Assembly (NCBI GenBank): GCA_947588765.1
Contig: CANPZG010000001.1
Span: 12,658-76,657, forward strand
Direction: 5' to 3'
DNA length: 64,000 nucleotides
Source: an uncultured Bacilli bacterium
GTDB taxonomy: Bacteria > Bacillota_I > Bacilli_A > RF39 > UBA660
Under the pieces are notes generated by a model, which searched no databases, had not been told where the DNA came from, and saw only the letters and a program-made list of their open reading frames with translations. The stretch's first letter is position 1. Each line of letters opens with the position of its first letter. Position numbers and translations under genes: made by a program. Shown piece by piece: positions 52,159 to 62,387 of the stretch.

Positions 52159-52677
52159 TTATTCATCCGGATAATCTTCTAAAAATGTTTTTGATTTATG
52201 AGGTTCATCAAATAATAAATTATTATAATTTTGTTGTCTTAAAGCCTCATATAAAACTATGGCAACAGTATTGGCTAAATTTAAACTACGGACATTTTTA
52301 CTCATTGGTAAACGCATACAATGATCTAGATTATTTTTTAAAATATGCTTATCAATACCCGTAGATTCTTTACCAAAGATAAAATAGATATTTTCTTTAG
52401 AATTAGAGTAATCAAAAGTAGTGTGAGGTTTATGACCGTATCTAGTTAGAAAATAATATGTTCCTTTATTTTTACTAGCAAAATCTTCATAATTTTCATA
52501 TACTTGATAATCACATTTATCAATGTAATTAACACCACTTCGTTTAATTGATGCTTCATCTAATTTAAAACCTAAAGGTTTAATTAAATGAAGTTTAGCA
52601 TTAGTAGCAATACAACTACGCATAATATTTCCCGTATTTTGAGGTATTTCTGGTTCAAATAAAACTATATTAATCAT
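52159..52677 (-). CDS. trmL: tRNA (cytidine/uridine-2'-O)-methyltransferase, TrmL/SpoU family
   Basis: MINIVLFEPEIPQNTGNIMRSC..., LGFKLD, and a C-terminal SPOUT knot (SLNLANTVAIVLYE). Confidence 0.75.
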   Translation of the reverse strand: MINIVLFEPEIPQNTGNIMRSCIATNAKLHLIKPLGFKLDEASIKRSGVNYIDKCDYQVYENYEDFASKNKGTYYFLTRYGHKPHTTFDYSNSKENIYFIFGKESTGIDKHILKNNLDHCMRLPMSKNVRSLNLANTVAIVLYEALRQQNYNNLLFDEPHKSKTFLEDYPDE

Positions 52678-52702
52678 TTTTTCTCCTTCATTTAAAAAGA
52701 CC

Positions 52703-53266
52703 TTAACGGCCTTCAAAATCATATATATCTAATAATTTTTGGAAGTCTCCAGCATTAATTGGATTTCCATCATCTCTTAAGACAACATCTACTAACTTAC
52801 CATTATTATAATATAGAATAGTAGGTACCTTTTGAATTAAATTAGTATCAAAAGCATTATTTATTCTTTCTAAATAATTGTCTTCACTTTGAATGCTAGA
52901 AACATTTAAATAATAGAAACGATCCGCTAAATCATAATCATCAATAATACTTTTTAAACCTTTTTCTAAATCATAAGTTGCTTGATTTTTAGTATAACTA
53001 ATTAAAACAAATGTATCTCCACTTGGAGCATCACTTAATATTTGACTAACTTCTTCTAGATTTTTAATTTCTAAAGATAGAGTACCACTAGAAATTAAAT
53101 AACTTTCACTAATTCTTTCTGCTTTACGAGCATCACTTACGCGTGAAAAATAGAATATTACAAGAACAGCTACTAAAACAACAATCCCAGCAATTAAACA
53201 AATTTTATTTAATCTTTCTTGTTTTAAAATTGCTTCCTTATTATCTACCTTTTTATTTTCAGCCAT
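52703..53266 (-). CDS. membrane-anchored thioredoxin-fold protein without CxxC
   Basis: N-terminal TM; C-terminal KVPTILYYNNGKLVDVV is thioredoxin-like; no Cys pair. Confidence 0.4.
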   Translation of the reverse strand: MAENKKVDNKEAILKQERLNKICLIAGIVVLVAVLVIFYFSRVSDARKAERISESYLISSGTLSLEIKNLEEVSQILSDAPSGDTFVLISYTKNQATYDLEKGLKSIIDDYDLADRFYYLNVSSIQSEDNYLERINNAFDTNLIQKVPTILYYNNGKLVDVVLRDDGNPINAGDFQKLLDIYDFEGR

Positions 53267-53325
53267 TTTACACACACCTTTCATTATAATATTATCATAA
53301 CTTTTTGATTTTTAAAATCATTTTT

Positions 53326-55563
53326 TTATTCTTCATCATCTTTTTTGTCTAATTTTACTAAAACTTCACGTGGTTTAGAACCATTTTGAGGTCCAACTAT
53401 ACCTCTTGCTTCTAATAAATCCATCATGTTAGCCGCGCGATTAAAGCCATAATGGAATCTTCTTTGAATTAGAGAAGCACTAATTTTACCAGTTTGAATG
53501 GCAAATTCAACTACAGCATTGTAATCTTCATCTTCTTCGCTCATACTATTTGTTGCCCCTGCGGAAGTATTAGAAGAACTAACATTGACAAAATCATCAT
53601 TATATTTGGCGGTTCCTTGTTTTTTACAATAATCAATTAATCTTTTTATTTCATCATCATTAATGAAACATCCTTGAATTCTGGTAGGGGCACTTTCACC
53701 CATAGGGAAGTATAACATATCACCACGACCTAATAATTTTTCGGCACCACTTTGGTCTAGGATAGTCCGGGAGTCGATACCACTGGAAACAGCGAAAGAA
53801 ATACGAGATGGAATATTATTTTTAATTAAACCAGTGATGACATCAGTTGATGGTCTTTGAGTGGCAACAATTAAGTGAATTCCCGCAGCTCTTGCAAGTT
53901 GTGTAATTCTCGTAATTGAATCTTCAACTTCTTTAGATGCCACTAACATTAAATCGGCAAGTTCATCGATAATAGCGACAATATATGGCATATGAGCGTC
54001 CATTTTTTCGGGATGTCTTTTATTTTCTTTATCAATTAAGGCATTGTAACCTTCAATATTTCTTACTTCTTTATCACTAAATAATTGAAATCTATCATCC
54101 ATTTCTTTAACAACTCTTTGTAGAGTCAAACTAGCTTTTTTAGGGTCACTTACAACCGGACAAAGTAGATGAGGAATACCATTATAATTAGTTAATTCAA
54201 CTTTTTTGGGGTCGATTAACACTAATTTTACTTCACTAGGTTTATAACGCATCAAGATAGAAGCAATAATACCATTAATACAAACTGATTTCCCACTTCC
54301 GGTTGAACCAGCAACTAAAAGGTGAGGCATCTTCGTTAAATCCATGGCTTTAGCTTCACCCATGATATCTTTTCCTAAAGCAGCACAAATATTAGCTTTG
54401 GAATTTAAAACATTCGGAGCTTCTAAAACTTCTCTTAAAGTAACACTACTAATTGTAGGATTAGGTATTTCCACCCCAATAGTATTTTTGCCGGGAATAG
54501 GAGCTTGAATAATAACATCTTTGGCGGCAAGGGCTAAAGCAATTTCTTTATGAATATTTTCAATTCGATTAACTTTCGTACCACTTGGTACGGTTAATTC
54601 ATATTGCGTTACAGCTGGACCAATGTGAATTTTAACAACTTGAGCGTGAATACCAAAGTCACCTAAAACTCTTTCTAATATTTCTTTATTACTAGTTATA
54701 AATGTTGTTGAGTTAACTTTCTTGGGCTTAAGTGGGTCAAATATTTCATTATATCTAGGCAATTGATAGGTCCCATCATCAATTCCTTCTTCTTCAATTT
54801 CATTTGGCTTAGCCTCAACTTCAACTGGTTTTTGTTTAACATCATCAATTGAGGTAATAATAACTTTATCATTCTTTTCTTCTTTTTCCTCTTTAATAGT
54901 TGGCATTATACTCGTGGCATCACTGATAATAACTTCATTATCAGCTTTTTCATCACTAGTAATTGCTTGTTTGCCTTTTTTAAATAAGGACAATATTTTA
55001 TCAACTAATTCGGAGAGTGTTATATCAAAGCATAAAATAACACTGAATATTGATAGAATAACTAAAATAATAGAAGTTCCAATTTTATCAAATAAACTAG
55101 CTAAAACGAAGATTCCAACAGCCCCAATGAAACCACCACCAATAACTATCGAACTAGTTCCATCAGTATTTAAAGCATTGTTATCCGGTATCGAACTCAT
55201 TCTTTCCATGTAATTAGTATAAGTATTACTAATTATATCTTTTTTATTATCGGATAAATTTAAAAATTCATAATGACTAAAAACTAAAAGAACAAAAAAG
55301 AGTAGATAGATTCCAATTAATCTGGGATTAGTAAATTTAGGCATTTTTCTTTTAAATAACATATAAAAACCTAAAACAATAACTCCTAGTAAAATTATTA
55401 ACCACCAAGTACCAGCTAAAAACATTGCAAATTTCTTTATAATAGAACCAATTAGGCCAAAACCTAGACCAATAGCTCCAATTAAAATTAAAATTAATCC
55501 GGTTAATTCAACATTCATACTAGTATTCTTATTATCTTTTGATTTTTTCTTTTTTGCCATCAT
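53326..55563 (-). CDS. ftsK: DNA translocase FtsK/SpoIIIE
   Basis: Four N-terminal TM helices, linker, motor domain (GSTGSGKSVCINGII, Walker B), and a C-terminal gamma wHTH. Confidence 0.9.
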   Translation of the reverse strand: MMAKKKKSKDNKNTSMNVELTGLILILIGAIGLGFGLIGSIIKKFAMFLAGTWWLIILLGVIVLGFYMLFKRKMPKFTNPRLIGIYLLFFVLLVFSHYEFLNLSDNKKDIISNTYTNYMERMSSIPDNNALNTDGTSSIVIGGGFIGAVGIFVLASLFDKIGTSIILVILSIFSVILCFDITLSELVDKILSLFKKGKQAITSDEKADNEVIISDATSIMPTIKEEKEEKNDKVIITSIDDVKQKPVEVEAKPNEIEEEGIDDGTYQLPRYNEIFDPLKPKKVNSTTFITSNKEILERVLGDFGIHAQVVKIHIGPAVTQYELTVPSGTKVNRIENIHKEIALALAAKDVIIQAPIPGKNTIGVEIPNPTISSVTLREVLEAPNVLNSKANICAALGKDIMGEAKAMDLTKMPHLLVAGSTGSGKSVCINGIIASILMRYKPSEVKLVLIDPKKVELTNYNGIPHLLCPVVSDPKKASLTLQRVVKEMDDRFQLFSDKEVRNIEGYNALIDKENKRHPEKMDAHMPYIVAIIDELADLMLVASKEVEDSITRITQLARAAGIHLIVATQRPSTDVITGLIKNNIPSRISFAVSSGIDSRTILDQSGAEKLLGRGDMLYFPMGESAPTRIQGCFINDDEIKRLIDYCKKQGTAKYNDDFVNVSSSNTSAGATNSMSEEDEDYNAVVEFAIQTGKISASLIQRRFHYGFNRAANMMDLLEARGIVGPQNGSKPREVLVKLDKKDDEE

Positions 55564-55718
55564 TCTTCACCATTCTAATTATATCGTAAAGCCTTTTTTT
55601 TTGCAATTTTATTCATAAAAAAAGTAAAAAATTAATTTTGTTTTTACATTGTAAGTAGTATAATTGATACATAAATATAAAAAGAATAGTTAAGAAACTA
55701 TAGTAATAGGAGAATATA

Positions 55719-56693
55719 ATGGAAATAATAGATATCCCAAAAATAGTATTACATATTCATTTAGATGGTTCACTAGATTTAGATCTTGCTTATAAATGGC
55801 TAAAAGAAGATGGTTATAATTATACTTATTCGGAAGCTTTAGAAAAACTAAGGGTAGATAAAGATTGTCGAAGTTTAAATCAATATTTAGAAAAGTTTGA
55901 TTTACCATGTAAATTATTAAATAGTTATGAAAGATTAAAAGAAGCTATTAAATCTTTATTTTTAAAACTTGAAAAAGAAGGCGTAGTTTATGCTGAAGTT
56001 AGATTTGCTCCTATTAAGCATGTAAATGATAAATTAAATGTTGATGAGGCAGTTGAAGCTGTCTTAGATGGAATGAATGAAGTTTTAGAAAATGGAAAAA
56101 TGGATGGTGGAATAATATTATGCTGTATGAGAGATGCGAGCATCGAAGATAATTTGAAAACCGTATCTCTTGCTAAAAAATATTTAGCACGGGGAGTTGT
56201 TGGTATTGATTTAGCAGGAGCCGAAGCTCTTTATGAAACTAAAAATTTCCAATATATTTTTGCTAAAGCTAAGGAAGAAAATATTCCGTTTACTATTCAT
56301 GCGGGAGAAGCCGATGGTATAAGTTCAATAGAAAGTGCTTTAGAATTTGGTACTCGTAGACTGGGGCATGGTATAAGAGCTATCGAAGATAATAATATGA
56401 TTGAAAGATTAAAAAAAGAAAATGTATTACTTGAAGTCTGTGTTACTAGTAATTATCAAACTGAAGCTGTTAAAGGTATTCACCCAATAGAAGAATTATA
56501 TAAAAAAGGAGTAAAAATATCTATAAATACTGATAATGATACTGTATCAAGTATAGATATTATAAGTGAATACAAATATATACATGATAATACCAATTTA
56601 AAAATAGAAGATTTAATAAAATGTAATTATGATTCCATAGATTTTATTTTTAAGGAAAAATCCAAAAACAAATTAAAACAAATATATAAATAA
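55719..56693 (+). CDS. add: adenosine deaminase
   Basis: HIHLDGS, HAGE and SINTDN metal-binding motifs. Confidence 0.85.
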   Translation: MEIIDIPKIVLHIHLDGSLDLDLAYKWLKEDGYNYTYSEALEKLRVDKDCRSLNQYLEKFDLPCKLLNSYERLKEAIKSLFLKLEKEGVVYAEVRFAPIKHVNDKLNVDEAVEAVLDGMNEVLENGKMDGGIILCCMRDASIEDNLKTVSLAKKYLARGVVGIDLAGAEALYETKNFQYIFAKAKEENIPFTIHAGEADGISSIESALEFGTRRLGHGIRAIEDNNMIERLKKENVLLEVCVTSNYQTEAVKGIHPIEELYKKGVKISINTDNDTVSSIDIISEYKYIHDNTNLKIEDLIKCNYDSIDFIFKEKSKNKLKQIYK

Positions 56694-56697
56694 AATA

Positions 56698-56723
56698 AAG
56701 AAGTAAAAAATTAATTTACTTCT
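56698..56723. terminator. bidirectional terminator between add and cotJC
   Basis: AAGAAGTAAA...TTTACTTCTT hairpin. Confidence 0.5.
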
Positions 56724-57281
56724 TTAATATCCTTTACTTTTATAGTAGTCATATAGTTCTTTAAAGCGATTAAAATGAACTACTTCTCTTTGACGTAAAA
56801 ATAAAAGGGGACCTATAATATCTGGATCAGTTGCTAAATCAATTAAGTTTTCATAAGTAGCTCTCGCTTTTTGTTCGGCAGCCATATCTTCACTTAAATT
56901 AGCAATAGGATCACTCATTGATTCAATGTAAGCTGCGGTAAATGGCACACCATTAGCATTAGATGGATATATTCCTTTCCGATGGTCAGCATAGAATTGT
57001 TCTAATCCTGCGGCTTTTATTTCATCAATTGTGGCATTTTCCATCAATTGATTAACCATAGAACCAATCATTTCTAAATGGCCTAATTCTTCGGTCGCAA
57101 TATCATTAAGTAGGGCTTTTCCTCGAGCATCAGGCATCGTAAATTTATGAGAGAAATATCTTAAAGCCGCTGCTAGTTCGCTATTAGCTCCTCCAAATTG
57201 GGTAATAAGTAGTTTCGCCATTTTTAAATCTTTTTTCTTAATATTAATAGGGTAGTTTAAGTGTTTGACATATTTAAACAT
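56724..57281 (-). CDS. cotJC: spore coat protein CotJC (Mn-catalase/ferritin-like)
   Basis: LITQFGGANSELAAALRYF...EELGHLEM. GGAGG RBS; the start overlaps the cotJB stop (ATGTTTAA). Confidence 0.8.
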   Translation of the reverse strand: MFKYVKHLNYPINIKKKDLKMAKLLITQFGGANSELAAALRYFSHKFTMPDARGKALLNDIATEELGHLEMIGSMVNQLMENATIDEIKAAGLEQFYADHRKGIYPSNANGVPFTAAYIESMSDPIANLSEDMAAEQKARATYENLIDLATDPDIIGPLLFLRQREVVHFNRFKELYDYYKSKGY

Positions 57282-57717
57282 ATTTAGCATCCTCCCGATC
57301 ATTCCATGGCCATGGTTCATTAACCCAATTAAAGGTATTACCATCAACTTCATCAACTTGAAGAGGGCCATAAAGTTTAACGTATTCTAGTTCTTTTTCA
57401 CAAGCTTTTTCCACATATCTTTTGAATAATTGTAGAAGTTCTTCGTCATCTGGATGTAAGTCTAGGCATAAATTCAAATCATTAATGGCAAAATCATATT
57501 TCATAATTTCAAACAATAATTGATCTCTTTTAGATAAAGGTTCTATTTTGCGATAAGTATAATTTTTATATGGTTTAAATTCATCTTTATACATATTACC
57601 TCTTAGAAAACCTTCTTCGGGATTTAAAACATTAGATAATTTATTTTCTTTTAAATTATTAGAATAGTTCGAACCTAAATCAAATGTCATAAATCCAATA
57701 TTATCATCAAATAACAT
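57274..57717 (-). CDS. cotJB: spore coat protein CotJB
   Basis: LLFEIMKYDFAINDLNLCLDLHPDDEELLQLF...YGPL is the CotJB family pattern. Confidence 0.7.
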   Translation of the reverse strand: MLFDDNIGFMTFDLGSNYSNNLKENKLSNVLNPEEGFLRGNMYKDEFKPYKNYTYRKIEPLSKRDQLLFEIMKYDFAINDLNLCLDLHPDDEELLQLFKRYVEKACEKELEYVKLYGPLQVDEVDGNTFNWVNEPWPWNDREDAKYV

Positions 57718-57876
57718 AATTTTTTCCTCCTGTTATATAGTAGTTATTTTTCCTAAATTGGTATAGGTTAATGAACTAGAAAAAGCATAATTGTCAATAA
57801 TTGTAATTTTTCGTGATTTAAATTGACATTATAGCTATTATCATTTAAAATTAATTATAGGATAGGAAAGATACAT

Positions 57877-58281
57877 ATGAAAAATAGTTTACATAGTATT
57901 ACAGAAAAAATTAAAAATTTTTTAGTTCCTCATAAAATAATTGCGGGAATTTTTGTAGTTCTAGTTTTATTATTAGGTATTACCTTCTTGAGATCTTTTG
58001 CTTATTATGAAAAAAGTGTACCAGATGTAATTGTTAAAAGTAAAGTAGGAAATATTCCAGATATTGAAATTAGAATAATGCAAGCAGATGGTAATGCTGC
58101 TGGGGGATATAAACAAATTACGGAAGTTCCTGATACAAGTAGCTATCATTATAATGAGACAAAAAGCCATTGTGCTAATAAATCAACATTAACATTTAAC
58201 AAAGAATCTAATAATTTTACAATTGAAGCTGAAGGAACAGATTTATGTTTTGCTTATTTTGATAATGGAAAAACTCAATAA
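57877..58281 (+). CDS. small secreted protein with TasA/camelysin-like N-terminal signal motif
   Basis: TM helix then LRSFAYYEKSVPD, similar to FAYFSDKE of CalY/TasA. Two Cys. Confidence 0.4.
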   Translation: MKNSLHSITEKIKNFLVPHKIIAGIFVVLVLLLGITFLRSFAYYEKSVPDVIVKSKVGNIPDIEIRIMQADGNAAGGYKQITEVPDTSSYHYNETKSHCANKSTLTFNKESNNFTIEAEGTDLCFAYFDNGKTQ

Positions 58282-58300
58282 AGAGTAGAAAAGGAAATTT

Positions 58301-58579
58301 ATGTATTGTAAAAAATGTGGTAATCCTTTACCTAATGAAGGTTTTACTTGTAAGTTTTGTGGTGCCATGATGGAAAGTAATCAAATTGCTCAACAAAAGA
58401 ATAATTTACAAGAACGAAAATGGCAAACGAGAACAAAAAGTGAACTATATGGGATGGAAAAAATAAATTATCAAAAAGAAGAACAAGAAAATAAGAAAAA
58501 TTTTCCTTTAGGAGTATTTTTAATAGTCGGAGTACTTATAATTTTAATTGTAATCGCCATACTAATTAATATGAATTAG
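58301..58579 (+). CDS. zinc-ribbon membrane protein
   Basis: CKKCG...CKFCG ribbon and a C-terminal TM helix. Confidence 0.45.
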   Translation: MYCKKCGNPLPNEGFTCKFCGAMMESNQIAQQKNNLQERKWQTRTKSELYGMEKINYQKEEQENKKNFPLGVFLIVGVLIILIVIAILINMN

Positions 58580-58582
58580 TAG

Positions 58583-59101
58583 GTGATTTTTTTGTTATTA
58601 GTATGTATAAAAATATTTTTAGCGAGGATAGTGGATGTAACATTAGGTAGTATTAGAACAATATTAATGGTAAAGGGAAAAAGTATCCCAGCAAGTATTA
58701 TTGCTTTTTTAGAAGTCTTTATTTGGTTTATTATTGCGAAAGAAGCATTAAATACGCCATATAATTCTTTATTAATTCCCGTATTTTATGCTGGAGGTTA
58801 TGCGACAGGAACCTTACTTGGAACATATTTATCTAATACTTATGTAAGTGGGATTGTTGGCTTGCAAGTTATTACCAAAACTAATAATAAAAAGATGATT
58901 GAAAGAATTAGAAAAAATGGTTATGGAGTCTCAATTGTTAACTTAAAAAATGCCTATGAAGGGCATAAAAAAGAGATGTTAATTATCCAAGTAAATAAAA
59001 AAAGTTTAAAGGAAATTACTAATTTAATTAAAGAATATGACCATAATGCTTTTATAATTGCTAATGAAACAAAATATGTCCAAAATGGTTTGATAAAATA
59101 A
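58583..59101 (+). CDS. UPF0316/DUF2179 family membrane protein
   Basis: TLGSIRTILMVKGK...EVFIWFI N-terminal pattern and a C-terminal DUF2179-like domain. Confidence 0.5.
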   Translation: MIFLLLVCIKIFLARIVDVTLGSIRTILMVKGKSIPASIIAFLEVFIWFIIAKEALNTPYNSLLIPVFYAGGYATGTLLGTYLSNTYVSGIVGLQVITKTNNKKMIERIRKNGYGVSIVNLKNAYEGHKKEMLIIQVNKKSLKEITNLIKEYDHNAFIIANETKYVQNGLIK

Positions 59102-59185
59102 GACAAAAAAATTAAAAAAATTTTATATAAAATATTGACTAACAAAAATTTTTATAGTAATATTTAATCATAGGGAGTGTTGTCA

Positions 59186-59695
59186 ATGAGACAAAATATG
59201 ATATTAAAAGATTCACACGGGTTTACATTAGTTGAATTGTTAGCCGTAATCGTTGTCTTAGCAATAGTAATGTTACTAGCCGTACAAGCTATATTACCTC
59301 AAATGACATTAGCAAGAAAAAATGCTTTAGCAATAGAAGCCAATAGTGCAATTGAAGCAGCCCAAAGTTATGTAGTAACCAAAGCTTTGACTGAAGGCTT
59401 GGTTGTTGGAAAAGACGATGGATTATGTGTTAAAATTTCAACATTAGCAGATGGATTTTATAAAGTAGATACTACTAAATATAGTGGATATGTAAAAATA
59501 ACGCAAGCACCTAAAGCTCCTGGTTCTACAAGTACTAGCACTAATTACTTATATCAAGTTTATTTACAAAATGGTCAATATATGGCAAATGGTAAAGGTT
59601 TAGAAGATAATAAACAAGTTAACATCACTGGTGATCAAATAGATGAATATGATGCATCTTCTTTTAATGGTACACCACCTGAAGGATGTAAATAA
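59186..59695 (+). CDS. type IV pilin-like protein
   Basis: Leader ...KDSHG|FTLVELLAVIVVLAIVMLLAV (prepilin N-methylation domain). Cys pair (LCVK...EGCK). Confidence 0.6.
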   Translation: MRQNMILKDSHGFTLVELLAVIVVLAIVMLLAVQAILPQMTLARKNALAIEANSAIEAAQSYVVTKALTEGLVVGKDDGLCVKISTLADGFYKVDTTKYSGYVKITQAPKAPGSTSTSTNYLYQVYLQNGQYMANGKGLEDNKQVNITGDQIDEYDASSFNGTPPEGCK

Positions 59696-59700
59696 TAATT

Positions 59701-59724
59701 AAGTGCGAAAGCACTTTTTTTTCT
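59701..59724 (+). terminator. rho-independent terminator
   Basis: AAGTGC-GAAA-GCACTT plus T8. Confidence 0.6.
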
Positions 59725-59772
59725 TGTCTAAATTTCTTCTTTAAGTTATAATCTTATATAGGTGAAGAAAAA

Positions 59773-61146
59773 ATGAAAATAACAATGGATGACTTAGTAA
59801 ATTATTGTAAACAATATGGATTTATATTTCAAGGTAGTGAAATATATAATGGTTTAGCTAATTCTTGGGATTACGGTCCTTTAGGAACAAATTTAAAAGA
59901 AAATATTCGGAATGCTTGGAAAAAGAAATTTATTCAAGAAAATCCTTATAATGTTGGTTTAGATGCCGCAATTATAATGAATCCTGATGTTTGGGTAGCA
60001 TCAGGTCATGTAGCATCATTCGCGGATCCTTTAATTGATTGTAAAAGATGTAAATCTAGACATAGAGCCGATAAATTAATTGAAGACTTTACTAAAGGTA
60101 AAGAAACTGGTGATGGTTGGGATAATGAAAAACTAGAAAAGTTTATTGCTGATAATAATATTAAATGTCCTAACTGTGGAGGCAGTGATTTTACACCTAT
60201 TCGGAAATTTAATTTATTATTTGAAACATCAATTGGGGTTACGGAAGATGGCAAAAATACTGTTTATTTAAGAGGAGAAACAGCTCAAGGAATATTTGTT
60301 AATTTTAAAAATGTTGAACGGAGTATGCGTCTTAAAATACCTTTTGGTATTGCCCAAACTGGTAAAGCTTTCCGTAATGAAATAACTCCAGGTAATTTTA
60401 TTTTCCGTCTTAGGGAATTTGAACAAATGGAATTAGAATTTTTCTGTGAACCAGGAACGGATTTAGAATGGCATGGTTATTGGAAAAATTATTGCCTAGA
60501 TTTCTTAAAAAGTTTAGGTTTAAAGAGCGAAAATTTAAGATATCGTGACCATGCTAAAGAAGAATTAGCCTTTTATAGTAAAGCCACAACGGATATTGAA
60601 TTTTTATATCCAATTGGTTGGGGAGAACTATGGGGTATAGCTGATAGAACTGATTATGATTTAGGTGTTCATCAAAATAAAAGTGGCGTTGATTTACGTT
60701 ATTTAGACCCAAATACGAATGAAAAATATCTACCATATGTTATTGAACCATCAGTTGGATTAGATCGTTTAATCTTAGCCGTTTTAACTGATGCTTATAC
60801 AGTAGAAAAATTAGAAAATGAAGATCGCGTTGTTTTAAAAATACATCCTGCTTTAGCACCATATAAAGTAACAATTTTACCATTAATAAAGAAAAATCAC
60901 GCTAGTAAAGCTAATGATATTTATGCGTTATTATGTAAATATTTTGCTTGTAATTATGACGAATCTGGTTCTATTGGTAAAAGATATAGAAGAAGTGATG
61001 CTATAGGTACACCTTTAGCTATTACGATAGATGATGAAACTATTAATAACAATACTGTAACAGTTAGAGATAGAGATACCATGGAACAAATTACTTTAAA
61101 AGTAGATGATTTAGTAGACTATATTAATAAAAAGATTGAATTTTAA
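59773..61146 (+). CDS. glyQS: glycine--tRNA ligase (alpha2 dimeric type)
   Basis: Class II motifs and the N-terminal YGFIFQGSEIYNGLANSWDYGPLG; 457 aa. Confidence 0.93.
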   Translation: MKITMDDLVNYCKQYGFIFQGSEIYNGLANSWDYGPLGTNLKENIRNAWKKKFIQENPYNVGLDAAIIMNPDVWVASGHVASFADPLIDCKRCKSRHRADKLIEDFTKGKETGDGWDNEKLEKFIADNNIKCPNCGGSDFTPIRKFNLLFETSIGVTEDGKNTVYLRGETAQGIFVNFKNVERSMRLKIPFGIAQTGKAFRNEITPGNFIFRLREFEQMELEFFCEPGTDLEWHGYWKNYCLDFLKSLGLKSENLRYRDHAKEELAFYSKATTDIEFLYPIGWGELWGIADRTDYDLGVHQNKSGVDLRYLDPNTNEKYLPYVIEPSVGLDRLILAVLTDAYTVEKLENEDRVVLKIHPALAPYKVTILPLIKKNHASKANDIYALLCKYFACNYDESGSIGKRYRRSDAIGTPLAITIDDETINNNTVTVRDRDTMEQITLKVDDLVDYINKKIEF

Positions 61147-61209
61147 AAAATCATATTGCAACTAAGTGTATTTTTTGATAAAATGGGGTAGTAGACTAGG
61201 AGGTAGATT

Positions 61210-61626
61210 ATGGCCTTTAAAAAATTAAAAAGTATTTTCGATTATAATGGTGATGATGAAGGTAAAAACGGCAGTGAAGATGAATATTATACTGTAAATG
61301 AAGAAAAAGCCGTGAAAGAAGCTGAAAAATCAGGAAATAAAATGATTTTACTTGAACCAAGAGCATATTCAGAATCTGTGCAAATCGCTGATCATTTAAA
61401 AAATCGTAATAGCGTGGTAGTTAATTTAAAAAGAGTCACATCTGATCAAGCTAAAAGAATTATTGATTTTTTAAGTGGTGTTGTTTATGCTATTGCTGGA
61501 ACTATGCAACAAATTGGAGTTGGTATTTATTTATGTACTCCTAAAAATGTTAATGTTCAAGGTAAAATTACAGATGACCACGAAAAGAGAAATAAAAATA
61601 ATAACAATGAAGATTTAGATTGGTAG
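61210..61626 (+). CDS. sepF: cell division protein SepF
   Basis: LLEPRAYSESVQIADHLKNRNSVVVNL...IIDFLSGVVYAIAG (DUF552). Confidence 0.8.
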   Translation: MAFKKLKSIFDYNGDDEGKNGSEDEYYTVNEEKAVKEAEKSGNKMILLEPRAYSESVQIADHLKNRNSVVVNLKRVTSDQAKRIIDFLSGVVYAIAGTMQQIGVGIYLCTPKNVNVQGKITDDHEKRNKNNNNEDLDW

Positions 61627-61636
61627 GTGTTTAGTA

Positions 61637-62065
61637 ATGGTAAATAAGTTTAATACCAGTCTAAATGGTTATAATAAAGAAGAAGTAAATGCTTTTGTCA
61701 ATGAAGTTGTTAAAGAATATGAAAGCATGTTAAAAAAGCTTAAAACTAGTTGTGATGTTATTGACGATTTAAAAAAAGAATTAAAACATTATAAAGAAAA
61801 TGAAGCTAGTTTAAATAGAGCGATATTAATTGCTGAAGAATCAACTAGTACCATTAAAAGAGCAGCTTATGAAGAATCTAAACTTATTATTGATGATGCA
61901 AAAAGAAATGCCACGAAAGTTATTAATAATGCTTTAAATAAAGCGGAAAAAATAGAAGAAGATGCTGAAAGTCTAAGAAGAAAAGTGGCAGTTTATAAAA
62001 GACGTTTTAAAACTTTAATTGAAAATCAATTAGAAGAACTAGAAGAATTTGATGAAAGAATGTAA
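61637..62065 (+). CDS. DivIVA-domain protein
   Basis: N-terminal F..SLNGYNKEEVNAFV motif plus a coiled coil. Confidence 0.65.
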   Translation: MVNKFNTSLNGYNKEEVNAFVNEVVKEYESMLKKLKTSCDVIDDLKKELKHYKENEASLNRAILIAEESTSTIKRAAYEESKLIIDDAKRNATKVINNALNKAEKIEEDAESLRRKVAVYKRRFKTLIENQLEELEEFDERM

Positions 62066-62092
62066 GAAATATAGCATATTTCTTATATTTTT
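62066..62092 (+). terminator. possible weak terminator
   Basis: GAAATAT-AGC-ATATTTC hairpin (all AT) plus a T-rich run. Confidence 0.3.
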
Positions 62093-62113
62093 GCCTTAAT
62101 TGCATAAAATTTG

Positions 62114-62142
62114 TTTACAAGAAGGTTTTAATATAGTATAAT
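62114..62142 (+). promoter_or_regulatory. sigma-A promoter P1 upstream of tRNA-Ile/Glu
   Basis: TTTACA, 17 nt, TATAAT. Confidence 0.5.
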
Positions 62143-62168
62143 TTATTTACTGGCTTGTTAAAAAAGTC

Positions 62169-62197
62169 TTGCAAAAATCTTATTTATATTATAAAAT
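62169..62197 (+). promoter_or_regulatory. sigma-A promoter P2 upstream of tRNA-Ile/Glu
   Basis: TTGCAA, 17 nt, TAAAAT; 20 nt before the tRNA. Confidence 0.55.
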
Positions 62198-62217
62198 TAA
62201 AGAGGTTTTTGTTTAAT

Positions 62218-62294
<77 letters not shown>

Positions 62295-62300
62295 TTAAAT

Positions 62301-62377
62301 GGCCTGTTGGTGAAGTGGTTAAACACACATGCCTTTCACGCATGCATACATGGGTTCAAATCCCGTACAGGTCACCA
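62301..62377 (+). tRNA. tRNA-Glu(UUC)
   Basis: Anticodon loop CUUUCAC; CCA encoded. Confidence 0.85.
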
Positions 62378-62387
62378 ATTAGTAAAT

